A stretch of DNA of 64,000 bases from Candidatus Spongiisociaceae bacterium (GCA_965202665.1 OZ241841.1:1824001-1888000), one strand, 5' to 3'; numbered from the stretch's first letter, positions 40,201-50,600 are shown. Numbers and translations are program-made. Notes: generated from the letters alone by a model not told the origin.

Positions 40201-41733
40201 GAACAGTTCCGCCGGGTAGCGTCCGGCCAGCATGTCCAGAACCGACTCGTAGGAGGCCCGCCCCAGATCCCGGTAGGGGGCGGCCCGGCGCACCAGCCGG
40301 AACAGCTGGTCGGCGTCCCAAGGTTCCATGGCCGTCATGGCCGCGATTTGCTGGGCCAGCACGTCCAACGGGTTGCGGGGGACGGACAGCGACTCCACCC
40401 GCCCGGCCAGGCAGCGGTCGGCCACCACCGCCGCCTCCAGCAGGTCGCCCCGGTATTTGGGGAATATTTTGGCGACGCTGACCGCCCCCGCCCGATGCCC
40501 GGCCCGGCCCATCCGCTGCAGGCCGGAGATGACGCTGGCGGGCGACTCGATTTGGATCACCAGGTCGACCGCCCCCATGTCGATTCCCAACTCCAAGGTG
40601 GAGGTGGCTACCACCGCCGGCAGCCGCCCCTGTTTCAGCGCTTCCTCGATTTGCAGGAGCTGCTCCCGGGAAACCGACCCATGGTGGGCGCGGGCTATCT
40701 CCTCCCCTGCCAACTCGTTCAATTCGGCGCATAATCGTTCCGCCAAGCGGCGGGAGTTGGCGAACACGATGGTGGAGCGGTTGGCCCGGATCAGTTCCAG
40801 CACCTTCGGGTAGACGGAAGGCCAGATGGAGCGGAAGCCGTGGTGGGAGGGGTCCGACCGCAAAGGGTCGGGGGGAGCGGGGGCGGCCATGTCCTCCACC
40901 GGCACCACCAGTTCCAAATCCAGGTTGCGGTCGCCGGGGATGTCCACGATGGCCACCGGGCGCGGCTCCCAAACGTCCCGTTCGCCTTCGCCCGGCGGCG
41001 CCGGCTCTTCGGGGGCGGGGCCGGGGGCGTCCCGGGGGGCGGTCTGGCCGGCCGGGGGCGGGGGAGGGGCGGGGCGGAGGACGCCCCCTCCTATAAATTC
41101 GGCCACCGCCGACAGGGGGCGCTGGGTGGCGGACAGGCCGATCCGTTGCGGCGGCCGTTCGGTCAGTTCCTCCAAACGTTCCAGGGACAGGGCCAAATGC
41201 GATCCCCGTTTGGCGGCGGCCACCGCATGGACTTCGTCCAGGATCACCCACCGCACCGAACCCAAAACGGCCCGGGCGGCGCTGGTGAGCAGCAGGTAGA
41301 AGGATTCGGGGGTGGTGATGAGGATGTCGGGCGGGGCGCGCCGCATCCGCCGCCGTTGGTCGGGCGGGGTGTCGCCGGTGCGGATGGCGGCCGTTACCTC
41401 CGCCAGCGGTCCCAGCCCGTCCCGTTCGGCGGTGCGGCGGATGCCGGCCAGCGGGGCCCGCAAGTTGCGTTCCACATCGTGGGCCAGGGCTTTCATCGGG
41501 GAGATGTAGAGGGCCCGGCAACGGCGGGCGGCGTCCGGTTCCGGCTCGGTCAGCAGGCGGTCCAAGGCGTAGAGGAAGGCGGCCAGGGTTTTGCCCGACC
41601 CGGTGGGGGCGTGGATAAGGGTGTGCCCGCCGGAGGCGATGACCGGCCAACCCCGTTCCTGGGCCGGGGTGGGCGCGGCGAATGCCTCCGAAAACCAGGC
41701 GGCTGCGGCGGCGGTGAACATTTCCAGTCCCAT
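37207..41733 (-). CDS. lhr: Lhr-family ATP-dependent helicase (long actinobacterial form)
   Basis: APTGSGKT, TTPES, DEVH, LSAT, HHGS, TSTLELGID, QRMGRAGH, RRGYFVEGMGG.QF. Confidence 0.95.
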   Translation of the reverse strand: MGLEMFTAAAAAWFSEAFAAPTPAQERGWPVIASGGHTLIHAPTGSGKTLAAFLYALDRLLTEPEPDAARRCRALYISPMKALAHDVERNLRAPLAGIRRTAERDGLGPLAEVTAAIRTGDTPPDQRRRMRRAPPDILITTPESFYLLLTSAARAVLGSVRWVILDEVHAVAAAKRGSHLALSLERLEELTERPPQRIGLSATQRPLSAVAEFIGGGVLRPAPPPPPAGQTAPRDAPGPAPEEPAPPGEGERDVWEPRPVAIVDIPGDRNLDLELVVPVEDMAAPAPPDPLRSDPSHHGFRSIWPSVYPKVLELIRANRSTIVFANSRRLAERLCAELNELAGEEIARAHHGSVSREQLLQIEEALKQGRLPAVVATSTLELGIDMGAVDLVIQIESPASVISGLQRMGRAGHRAGAVSVAKIFPKYRGDLLEAAVVADRCLAGRVESLSVPRNPLDVLAQQIAAMTAMEPWDADQLFRLVRRAAPYRDLGRASYESVLDMLAGRYPAELFGELRPRLVWDRLSQTLTARSGTHRLAVTNPGTIPDRGLFSVNLPDGARVGELDEEMVYESRPGDAFILGASAWRITDITPDRVEVVPAPGEAAGRMPFWRGDREGRPLETGLAIGRFVAEISALEPEAAQAELRGRYRLDEWAARNLVSFLAEEKEASGALPTDRTLVVQRFRDEIGDWRIVLLSARGAKVHAPWAMALGRRLRERYGRDMDIVWSDDGITFRFADAEELPSLDDLLIDPEEAESLLWEELPDTALFAALFRAAAARALLLPRRYPGGRTPLWLQRRRAADLMSAVVQYGSFPIVLETYREILQDAFDVPALVETLTDVRSRKIHTVEVETERAGPFASSLLFEFAASYLYEGDAPRAERRAAALALDRDLLRELLGEGELAELLDQEAVASVEMELQRLAPGRRVRGEDGVADLLAALGPLAEEEVAARLREGDARRILAGLEAARRAVPVRVAGRPQWAAVEDMGRLRDALGVSPPPGIPAAFLEPTAEPLLEVVGRLARTRGPFTAGEAARRLGLPTGAVEAALGVLETRGRVVKGSFSPARRPEWADAEVLRRLKRRSLAALRQEIEAVEKRVLGRFLPAWQGVGLTGRRSAGALREAIASLTGAAIPASVLERDVLSARCDFSPESLDRLMAAGEIVWVGCGSLGPRDGRVALYRREQLALLHRPPAGERPDAALHEAVRGCLAERGASFFRDICSAVAGAGGLEETLNALWDLVWAGEVTNDTLAPLRARLLGKVRRPAKGRPRLPAGFPPSSSGRWWPVSDLPAEPAPDAVWAKAWCDVLLERYGVLTRAAALAENIPGGLTALFPVLDAMEGAGQVRRGYFVEGMGGLQFASAGAVDRLRAPPSDPETTVLAASDPANPYGTLLPWPEESQSRASRSAGAYVILHGGDPLLFLEKGGRRAALLASDPDLHPAAAAALSEIGERNRRLRLETIDGQPADAHPLGKLLTEGGFAPTPRGLAYRPPAPHPSHPRPAPRRPHR

Positions 41734-41906
41734 GCCCGCAAGCGTAACCGCCCCCCGTGACAAAACCCCCGCCCCCTTCCCGCTTTGGGAGGGCCCAGGC
41801 TAGTTCGAAGGAGCGTCCAAGCCGCGTCCTCGCCAACGAAGAACTTCCCGTAGTCGCGGGCTGGCCGCCCCCGGATCGAACCGGGGGACGGACCCAGCCT
41901 CTCCCC

Positions 41907-42227
41907 CTAAGCCGCCAGCCTTTTCGGCAGATTGCGCCGAACCCGAACCGCCGAACCATTGTCGAATCGCAACAACACCAGGTAGTTGTTGACGATGCTC
42001 TTATCCAACCGGGCGGGCGGCAAGCCCAGTTCGGCGGCATCCGCCACCCAGTTGGGGAACGTGCCGTAATGGCCCTTGAACGCCAACGACGCCGTGTGCC
42101 CTACGACCACCACCTCGTTCGTCCCCTCAAATATTGTATAAAGTATTGTTGTCTCCTTCCCTCGTTTGCCGACAAGTTGCATCGACCCGCAATTTGTCCT
42201 TCCCCCTATATAAGGAAGGAAATTCAC
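41907..42227 (-). CDS. Hypothetical protein at island edge
   Basis: ORF only; no recognisable motif. Confidence 0.35.
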   Translation of the reverse strand: MNFLPYIGGRTNCGSMQLVGKRGKETTILYTIFEGTNEVVVVGHTASLAFKGHYGTFPNWVADAAELGLPPARLDKSIVNNYLVLLRFDNGSAVRVRRNLPKRLAA

Positions 42228-42438
42228 TATTCATTGCAAGATTTTCTGTCTTCTAAACATCCCGAAACTCTTACAGAATTTAAACCAATATAAAAGGAGA
42301 TAAAAACGCTTCAGAAAAAATTTGTCTAACAAGAAAATTGCAGTGTGGACTTACTATGCTTCGTCGTCCCTTAGCCCGCCGTAACCCGAAAGGCGTCAGG
42401 ACATCAACGCTCAACGTCGTTTGGCGGAGGGCGCGGCG

Positions 42439-43098
42439 TCAGGTTCGGGTTTCATATCGGTCGGGGTCGTCTGTTGCTTCTGCGGGGTTGACAACGGTGG
42501 GAACGGGCCAGGGCTGGTCGTTGACTCCGTCATCTCGGATTGTGATGGTGTCGGGCAGGTCGGGGTCGAAGCGTACTATCTGGTCTTCTCGGCGGTCGTA
42601 GGCGTAGCCGTCGGGCAGTTGGTCGGTGATGAGCCTGATGGCCTCTTGATGTAGGGGGTAGAATACGCTGTCGTAGAGGCCGTTTTCTGCGTCTTGCCAT
42701 ATTTGCGCTACTCGGCGGAGGTGCGCCTTCCAGTATTTGCACTCGGGAGCGGGCGCGGGTTCGGTTTTGGTCTCAAATCGGTCGGGGTCGGCTTCGGCCT
42801 CTGCGGGGTGGAGGACGGTGGGGGCGGGGATGGGCAGGTCGTTGCCCGCTTCGCCTTTGATGATGAAGGTGTCGGGCAGGTCGGGGTCGAAGCGCACGAT
42901 CCGGCTTTCGTCGTAGTCGAAGGCATAACCATCGGGGAGTTGGTCGGTGATGAGTCGGATGCCCGCTTCGCGTTGGGGGCCGAGCACGTCGTCGTAGAGG
43001 CCGTCGTCGACATCCTGCGACATCTGCGTCATCCGCCGGATGCGCTCCTCCCAGCAGGCTTCCTCGGAGACGGGCCCCGGGTTAGGTTCGGGTTTCAC
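42439..43098 (-). CDS. Two-module repeat protein (paralog 2)
   Basis: Two copies of W...GLYD...IRLITDQLPDGY.YD....IVRFDPDLPDT...DPDR. Confidence 0.75.
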   Translation of the reverse strand: MKPEPNPGPVSEEACWEERIRRMTQMSQDVDDGLYDDVLGPQREAGIRLITDQLPDGYAFDYDESRIVRFDPDLPDTFIIKGEAGNDLPIPAPTVLHPAEAEADPDRFETKTEPAPAPECKYWKAHLRRVAQIWQDAENGLYDSVFYPLHQEAIRLITDQLPDGYAYDRREDQIVRFDPDLPDTITIRDDGVNDQPWPVPTVVNPAEATDDPDRYETRT

Positions 43099-43183
43099 GG
43101 CCAGCGAGGAGTCGGTGCCGAGCCCTGTGGATTTGAGGACAGCGGGTTAGATGTCACCTTTGACGGCGAGAGCGGGCGCGGCG

Positions 43184-43861
43184 TCAGGTTCGGATTGCAT
43201 ATCGGTCGGGGTCGGCTTCGGCTTCTGTCGGGTGGACTATGTCGGGAACTGGCTCGGGCTGGTCAGTTATTCCATTATATCTGATTGTGATGGTGTCGGG
43301 CAGGTTGGGGTCGAGGCGCACGATCCGGCTTTCGTGGTGGTCGTAGGCGTAGCCGTCGGGCAGTTGGTCAGTGATGAGTCTGATGGCCTCTTCCGATAGG
43401 GGGTCGATTAGGTTGTCGTAGAGGCCGTTTTCTGCGTCTTTCCATATTTGCGCTACTCGGCGGAGGTGCGCCTTCCAGTATTTGCACTCTGGGGCGGGCG
43501 CGGGTTCGGTTTTGGTCTCATATCGGTCGGGGTCGGCTTCGGCCTCTGCGGGGTGGAGGACGGTGGGGGCGGGGACGGGCAGGTCGTTGCCCGCTTCGCC
43601 TTTGATGATGAAGGTGTCGGGCAGGTCGGGGTCGAAGCGCACGATTTGGCATTCGTCGTAGTCGTAGGCGTAGCCATTGGGCAGTTGGTCGGTGATGAGC
43701 CTGGTGGTCGCTTCGCGGAGGGGGCCGAGCACGTCGTCGTAGAGGCCGTCGTCGACATCCTGCGACATCTGCGTCATCCGCTGGATGCGCTTTTCCCAGT
43801 AGGCGGCCAGGTCGGCTTCCTCTTTCAACATTTTGGTGGTCATGATGCTATACTCTACCAC
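43184..43861 (-). CDS. Two-module repeat protein (paralog 1)
   Basis: Same A-B module pair; start overlaps the toxin-like gene. Confidence 0.75.
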   Translation of the reverse strand: MVEYSIMTTKMLKEEADLAAYWEKRIQRMTQMSQDVDDGLYDDVLGPLREATTRLITDQLPNGYAYDYDECQIVRFDPDLPDTFIIKGEAGNDLPVPAPTVLHPAEAEADPDRYETKTEPAPAPECKYWKAHLRRVAQIWKDAENGLYDNLIDPLSEEAIRLITDQLPDGYAYDHHESRIVRLDPNLPDTITIRYNGITDQPEPVPDIVHPTEAEADPDRYAIRT

Positions 43862-44172
43862 AGGTTCCGTCTTCTTGATGACCTACGACTTTTTCGTTGT
43901 TGGCGTGCCTTGTCGATGTGGAATACAACTTTCTGCCCGCCTGGCCTGTACTCATATCCTACCTCAATGTGATCAAGTCGTTCTATGGCGAATCCCTCCA
44001 TCCACAAGGCCCGCTTCCCGGCGGTTCGCTTGCCGGATTTCTGAAAGGGGCCTACGTAAGGCCGGTCGAATACTGCTTCGGCGTCGGCTGGACCGTATCC
44101 GTGCTTGAAAGCCGACGGCAGGTACCAGACGCCGTTTTCTTCTACGATCCCAGGGGGTGCCTGATCCGTCAT
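43855..44172 (-). CDS. BrnT/RelE-fold-like toxin
   Basis: SAFKHG...D, IEVGY, VVFH...R pattern of small actinobacterial TA toxins. Confidence 0.6.
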   Translation of the reverse strand: MTDQAPPGIVEENGVWYLPSAFKHGYGPADAEAVFDRPYVGPFQKSGKRTAGKRALWMEGFAIERLDHIEVGYEYRPGGQKVVFHIDKARQQRKSRRSSRRRNLW

Positions 44173-44203
44173 CGGCAATCTGTCATACTATTTAGTTTTG
44201 AGT

Positions 44204-44236
44204 TTGACATTCTTGTGACCATAGTGTTATTATAAT
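44204..44236 (+). promoter_or_regulatory. Promoter of the R-M operon, near-leaderless
   Basis: TTGACA-N18-TATTAT with overlapping TATAAT just before the ATG at 44242. Confidence 0.55.
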
Positions 44237-44241
44237 ACACC

Positions 44242-44853
44242 ATGATTACATTAATAACGCGCCTGTCCGAGGTGGCGGAAGTTTCGCAGGGGTTGGCCCT
44301 GTCGGGGCGGGGGGTGGGCGCGCAGGCCGGGGATTGGCGGTTGCGGATGGTGGAAAGCCGGGACGTGTCCGACGACCGGCTCCGCTTGGACGGCCTGCGG
44401 GAGGTTGGTGTGGTGCGGAGCGTGCGCACCGAACGGCATCTGCTCCGTCCGTTCGATGTGCTGGTCACCGCTCGGGCCGGGCGGCCGGAGGCGGCCCTGG
44501 TGCCCCCCCGGGTGTCCCGCACCGTGGCGGGGATTACGCTGTTGGCGGTGCGTCCTCGCCATCCGGAGTCGGGGATGGGGCAGTACCTGTGGTTCTATCT
44601 GACATCCGCCGACGGGCGAGCGCAGCTGGCTCGCAAAACCCGCCCCGGTATCACGTTCACGTCCCTGTCGGCCCGCGACTTGGGGGAGATGGTGGTTCCG
44701 ACTCCGCCTCCCCGCATCCTGGACAGGGTGGCCCGCCTGGTCGGGTCGTCGGAGCGGGCCTACGCGGCGGCGACGGAGGCGGCCCGTCTGCGACGGACGA
44801 CCCTGCGGGACGCCCTGGTCCGCCGAATATGTCACACGGCCCTGCCAAACTAG
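44242..44853 (+). CDS. Single-TRD HsdS-like protein
   Basis: RLSEVAEV.QG, LRPFDVLV..R.G, YL.FYLTS, L...VP.PP plus coiled coil. Confidence 0.75.
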   Translation: MITLITRLSEVAEVSQGLALSGRGVGAQAGDWRLRMVESRDVSDDRLRLDGLREVGVVRSVRTERHLLRPFDVLVTARAGRPEAALVPPRVSRTVAGITLLAVRPRHPESGMGQYLWFYLTSADGRAQLARKTRPGITFTSLSARDLGEMVVPTPPPRILDRVARLVGSSERAYAAATEAARLRRTTLRDALVRRICHTALPN

Positions 44854-44869
44854 ATTAAGAGGTGAGACG

Positions 44870-46399
44870 ATGCCATTAACTCAACAAGAACTGGAGTCGA
44901 AACTCTGGCAGGCGGCGGACATCCTGCGCGGCCAGATCGACGCCGCCGATTACAAGAACTACATCTTCTCCATCCTGTTCCTGAAAAGACTGTCGGACCG
45001 CTTCGAGGAGGAGGTGGAGGCGGCGGTAGCGCAGGGCGTGCCCCGGGAGGCCGCCCTGTACGATACGGATGAACACGAATTCTTCGTCCCCGATGAGGTC
45101 CGCTGGGCGGCCTTGGCCGGGGCGTCGATGAACCTGGGGGAGAAGTTGAATGTGGCCGGCCATGAGATTGAGTACGAGAACACGCCCCGTCTGGACGGGG
45201 TGCTGACGTCGGTGAACTGGAATGACGAGTCCAAGCTGGGCTCCCCGGCCAACCGGGAGAAGATCATCCGCAACCTGCTCAACCATTTCAGCGATCTGGA
45301 TCTGTCGGACCGCAACCTGGCCCCGGACGGCGGGGGCGGGGCGGGCAACGTGCTGGGCGACGCCTACGAATATCTGATTCACCGGTTCGCCGACGATGCG
45401 GGCAAGAAGGGCGGCGAGTTTTACACCCCCCGGGCGGTGGTGCGCCTGATAGTGGAATTACTGCGCCCGCAGGAGGGGATGCGCATCTGCGATCCGACGG
45501 CCGGTTCGGCCGGAATGCTGATTTACACCGCCCAATATGTGAAAGAGCAGGGGGGCGACCCGCGCAACCTGGTGTTGCACGGCCAGGAACGCAACCTGGG
45601 GACGCTGGCCATCGGCCGCCTGAACCTGCTCCTGCATGATCTGCGCGCGGCCCGTTTGGAGGGAGGGGATGTGATCGCCGAGCCGCAACTGCTGGACGAC
45701 AAGGGATGGTTGATGCTCTACGACCGGGTAATAGCCAATCCCCCATTCAGTCTAAAAAACTGGGGTTTCGAGTCCGCCCCCGACGATCCCCACTCCCGCT
45801 TCAACCGCTACGGGGCCATACCGCCCCGCGCTAAAGGAGATTTGGCCTTCGTGTTGCACATGCTGGCGGTAACAAATCACACAGGGATGCTGGGGGTGGT
45901 GTTGCCGCACGGGGTGCTGTTCCGAGGTGGGGCGGAAGGCAAAATACGCAAAGGGATGGTGAAGGAGGATCGTTTTGAGGCGGTAATCGGTTTGACGCCC
46001 AACCTGTTCTTCGGGGCCGCCATCCCGGTTGCCATCTGTGTATTCAACAAACAGAAACCTCCGGAACGGAAAGGAAAGGTGCTTTTCATAGACGCCGACC
46101 AGGAGGGCTACTTCCGCCAAGGCAAAGCCCAGAACCATTTAGATGGTGAGCACATCCAGAAGATAGCCGAGGCCTACCACAATTTTGAGGAGGTGGAACG
46201 GTTCGCCCACATAGCCGATTTGGAGGAAATAGAGGAAAACGACTACAATCTTAACATCAGCCGCTACGTAGACAAAACGGAACCGATAGAAATCATAAGC
46301 GTAGAAGAGGCCTTGGCCCAGCTGAGAGAAGCTGAGCAACGGAGAGACGAAGCAGTAGCCAAAATGAACGAACACCTGAAAGAGTTAAGATATGTCTAG
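44870..46399 (+). CDS. hsdM: Type I R-M methyltransferase subunit
   Basis: LWQAADILRG, GEFYTP, DPTAGSAGML, ANPPF, PHGVLFRG, YNLNISRY. Confidence 0.96.
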   Translation: MPLTQQELESKLWQAADILRGQIDAADYKNYIFSILFLKRLSDRFEEEVEAAVAQGVPREAALYDTDEHEFFVPDEVRWAALAGASMNLGEKLNVAGHEIEYENTPRLDGVLTSVNWNDESKLGSPANREKIIRNLLNHFSDLDLSDRNLAPDGGGGAGNVLGDAYEYLIHRFADDAGKKGGEFYTPRAVVRLIVELLRPQEGMRICDPTAGSAGMLIYTAQYVKEQGGDPRNLVLHGQERNLGTLAIGRLNLLLHDLRAARLEGGDVIAEPQLLDDKGWLMLYDRVIANPPFSLKNWGFESAPDDPHSRFNRYGAIPPRAKGDLAFVLHMLAVTNHTGMLGVVLPHGVLFRGGAEGKIRKGMVKEDRFEAVIGLTPNLFFGAAIPVAICVFNKQKPPERKGKVLFIDADQEGYFRQGKAQNHLDGEHIQKIAEAYHNFEEVERFAHIADLEEIEENDYNLNISRYVDKTEPIEIISVEEALAQLREAEQRRDEAVAKMNEHLKELRYV

Positions 46400-47588
46400 T
46401 TTCGTCTCCCCCCCCCCCATTGGAAGATAGTTAAATTGGGTGATGTAGCCAATGTCGAATTCAGCAGTGTTGACAAAAAGGCGGTGGATGATGAAATTCC
46501 GGTGGTGCTTTGCAATTATCATGATGTGGTGAGCAATTATCGTATTCGGTCCGGTATAGATTTTATGCCTGCAACTGCTACAGCCAAGGAAGTTGACAAA
46601 TGGACGCTACAGCAAAATGACGTTGTCTTCACCAAGGATGCTGAGATAGGAAAGGTTTCCTTGGTGGAAGAGAACATACCAAATCTGGTGTGCGGCTATC
46701 ACCTAGGACGTGCTCGACCTAAACAAGATATAGTTTTTGGGCCGTTTTTGGCGGAAGCTCTCAAAACTCCCGTTACGCAAAAACAAATTACACGTTTACA
46801 AACAGGTCTTACTATCTCTGGGATCCGTCTAGGAGATATGCGATCTGTACAATTACTGTTACCTCCATTTGAAGAGCAAAAACATATAGCATCTGTTTTA
46901 GGTAGTGTTGACGAAGCGATAGAAAAAATGGAAAATGTAATAGTCAAAACAGTGCAACTACGCGATGCGCTACTACACGAACTGTTAAGCCGAGGAGTCC
47001 CCGGACACCACAAAGAAGGGGTAGAAGTACCCGGCGAGGCGTGGCCCCCCCCCCCCATGGAAGGTAGTCATCTTGGGTGATATAGCCGAAGTCCAAAAAG
47101 GCACTAGCTTTACTAGCAAGGATTTGGTGCTCGGAGACATTCCTGTAATTGCAGGAGGCCGCGAACCGGCCTATTATCATAAGTATTCTAACCGGCCACC
47201 TAATACGATCACGGTGAGCGCATCGGGTGATGCTGGCTACGTTTCTATTCATCGTAAGCCCATTTTCGCTTCAGATTGCATAACAGTCCGTCCTAAACCG
47301 GAAATATCGGTGACCAACTATATTTATTATTTTTTGAAACATAATCAGAACAAGATATACCGTCTCAGAACTGGTTCGGCGTTGCCACATGTATATCGGA
47401 AGGATATTGCCAGATTCATAGTAATACTTCCTCCGTTAGAGGAGCAGATATCCATTGCAAGATATTTAGACAGTGTGTCTGAGGTTATAGACCATAATAG
47501 ACAAGTAATGAACAGACAGAGTAGACTACGAGATGCACTACTACACGACCTTTTAACCCGAGGTCTTCCGAATAATCACAATGATTGA
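46392..47588 (+). CDS. hsdS: Type I R-M specificity subunit, frameshifted at two poly-C tracts (phase-variable or assembly error)
   Basis: ATG at 46392; C11 at 46408-46418 before WKIVKLGDV; C12 at 47045-47056 before WKVVILGDI; two LPP.EEQ..IA conserved regions. Confidence 0.85.
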
Positions 47589-47607
47589 TTTAGCAGGGAG
47601 GTAATGT

Positions 47608-50600
47608 ATGGATATTGAATTAGCGCAGGTGGAGCAACCGGCGCGGGAGTTGCTGGAGCGGTTGGGGTGGTCTTACCTTTCTCGTTCCGAACTTTCGCGG
47701 GAGAGGGGGGATGAGCGGGAGGTATTACTCAAGGGGCGGTTGCGTTCTGCTTTGCTTCGGCTTAATGAGTGGATGGACTCGGAGCAGGCGGACCGGGTAA
47801 TTTACGCTTTGGAACACCTGGAAGAATCTGGGATGGGGCGTAATAGGCGGGTGCACGAGTATCTTACCTATGGGATGCCTTTGGATGTGGACCAGCCGGG
47901 CGGGCGGCGTGCCCGTACTGTCCGGTTTTGTGACTTTGAGTATCCGGAGGGTGGGCGCAACGAATTCGTCGTCACCACCCAGTTCCGGGTTTCACGCGGG
48001 GAGAATGTTGTTCCTGATTTGGTGTTGTTCGTCAACGGCATTCCCCTGGTGGTGATGGAAGCCAAACGGCCCGACTTGTTGTGGCGGCGGGAGGAGGCTG
48101 TTAAGCAGTTGCGCCGTTATCAGGAAGCTGACCTGAATTTTCGGGGGAGGGGAGCGCCGGAGCTGTTTCATTACAACCTGTTGTGCGTGGCTCACTCTGG
48201 GGCGGAAGCGTCCTACGCCGGACTGTACGCCCCCGAAATAGACTATTTTGAGTGGAAAAGCATCCATCCTTTCCACGAAGACGAGGTGCGTAGCCGGTTC
48301 GGGGTCGAACCTCGGGGGCAGGCTCAGCTCATTATCGGCCTTTTGTCCCCCTCCGTCCTGCTGGACATTTTGCGCGATTACGTGGTTTACGAGCATCGGG
48401 GCGGGAAACTGGTTAAAAAGCTGCCCCGTTACCAGCAGTATCGGGCGGTTCGGGAAGCTTTGGGGCGCATCCGGCGGGGCGGGAGCCCCCAGGAGCGGGG
48501 CGGGATTGTTTGGCACACCCAGGGGTCCGGCAAGTCTTTGACCATGCTGTGGCTGGCCACCAAACTGCGCCGTTCCGCCCGCCTGGGCGACTTGGACAAC
48601 CCGGCCATTCTCATCATCACCGACCGCACCCAGCTGGACCGGCAGATTACCGACACTTTCAACCGGTGCGGCTTCTCCGCCCCCGAACAGGCTAAAAGCA
48701 CCCGGGATTTGCGCCGTCTGCTCACCAGCGGGGTGGGGCGTACGGTGATGACCACCATCCAGAAATTCGAGGAAGTCCTGCAGGAAGACGACGGGCGGGC
48801 GGAGGCTCTCAACCCGGCCGCCAACGTGGTGGTGATGGTGGACGAAGCCCACCGCACCCAGTACGGAATCCTGGCCGCCCGCATGTCGCAGGCCCTGCCC
48901 AACGCCGTCCTCATCGGCTTCACCGGCACCCCCATCGACAAAGGGTTCGAACGTAGCACGCGGCGGCGGTTCGGGGAACTGATCGACTCCTACACCATCC
49001 CCCAATCGGTTGCCGACGGGGCCACCGTCCCCATCCGCTACGAGTTGCGCAAACCGGAACTGTCCGTCGTCGGCCCCGACGCTTTGGACCGGCTGTTCAA
49101 CCGGCTGTTCGGCGATCTCACCGACGATGAGCAGGCGCAGATTCGCCGCCGTTACGCCAACCGGGAAAGCTTGGCCGAAGCCGAACGGCGCATTCAAATG
49201 ATCGCCGAAGACATCGCCGGCCATTTCATCGACCACATCCGGCCCAACCGGTTCCGGGGGCAGGTGGTGGCCCCCAGCCGGGCGGCCGCCCTCCAATACG
49301 CCCGGCATCTGCGGGACTTCGGAATACCCGAAACCTATCCGATCATCACCGTCACCCCCGGCGATGGGGCCGAATATAACCAGGTGCGGGATCTGAACCA
49401 GGAACAGTTGGTGAAAGCCTTCGTGGAAGACGAAGACGGGCCGGGGGTGCCCGAAATTCTGGTGGTGGTGGACAAGTTGCGCACCGGGTTCGACGCCCCC
49501 CGGGAGCAGGTTCTCTATTTGGACAAAGGAGTGCGGGAACATGATCTGCTGCAGACCATCGCCCGCGTCAACCGCCGCTTCTCCCACCATGCGGATGGGG
49601 TTTCAACTGAAAAAACCTACGGGTTGATAGTGGACTATCACGGGGTTTCCCAAGAGTTGGAGAAAGCCCTGGCCGGGTTCGAATGGGGGGAGGTCAGCGA
49701 GGCGATGGAGCCATTGGAAACCGGGGATGAAATCGGGGAGGTGATTGAAGAAGCGGCCGCCCGGGCGGAAAGATGGTTCCGGGGGAAGGATTTGGATGAC
49801 ACCTGGGAGTGCGTGTTGATGTTCGCCCCCGACGCCGAAACCGAAGGGGAATTCAAGATAGACCTTTATCAGCGGTTCAATCAGGACTACCGGCATTTCG
49901 CCTATCTGATGGACCGGTTCCTTCCCGACCCGCGGGCTTTGGCCTACCGGGACCGGTTGTCGCGGCTCACCGTCGTCCGCTCCTATGTGAGGGCGCAGTA
50001 TATGCGGGAAGACGCCGAACTGGACTGGACTGACATCGGGGCGAAAGCCAAAAAACTGGTGGACGAGCGGATAGACGCCGTCGTGAAGGAACTGATGAAA
50101 CCCATCTCCATCCTCCACCCCGACTTTGAGCGGACGATGGCCGGGTTGCCGGGGGAGCGGGTTCGGGCTTCGCTGATGGAACACGCCCTGCGGGCGGAAA
50201 TCAACCGTCGGTTCGGGGAAAATCCGGCTTTCTACCAGAAACTGTCCGAGTTGTTGAAAGAAGTGATCGGCCAGTTGCGGCAGGGCACGCTGGACGACTT
50301 GGAAGCCTGCCGTCGGATGGGGGAAATGGCCGGGCGAATGGAAGAGGAGGGGGACATCGCCGCCCGGCTGGAACTCACCCGGCGCGGATACGCCTACTAT
50401 GGGTTGTTGCTGGCGGAACCGGACGAACCCACCCGCGCCGCCGGGGACCTGGGCGAACATCAGGAAGAATTCGAGGAGGAGATGGTGAAACTGGCCGGAA
50501 GATTGGATGAAGCGGTGGAAAAACATGCGGCGATCATCGAATGGCGGGACAAGCCGGACGTGCAACGGGAAATGCGCCGGGACGTGAAGCGGATTCTGCG

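Noticed and set aside
38126-42040. Very long alternative-frame ORFs (also 12113-14896, 997-3495, 58081-60333)
   Set aside because: Arg/Gly/Pro-rich shadow frames of well-supported genes in high-GC DNA
43184-43186. TGA read-through as Sec, fusing the two repeat genes
   Set aside because: Another in-frame stop follows within a few codons, and there is no Cys-like context
42420-43861. Repeats as a DGR template/variable pair or CRISPR
   Set aside because: Differences are not adenine-restricted, both copies are open ORFs, and no reverse transcriptase is in the window
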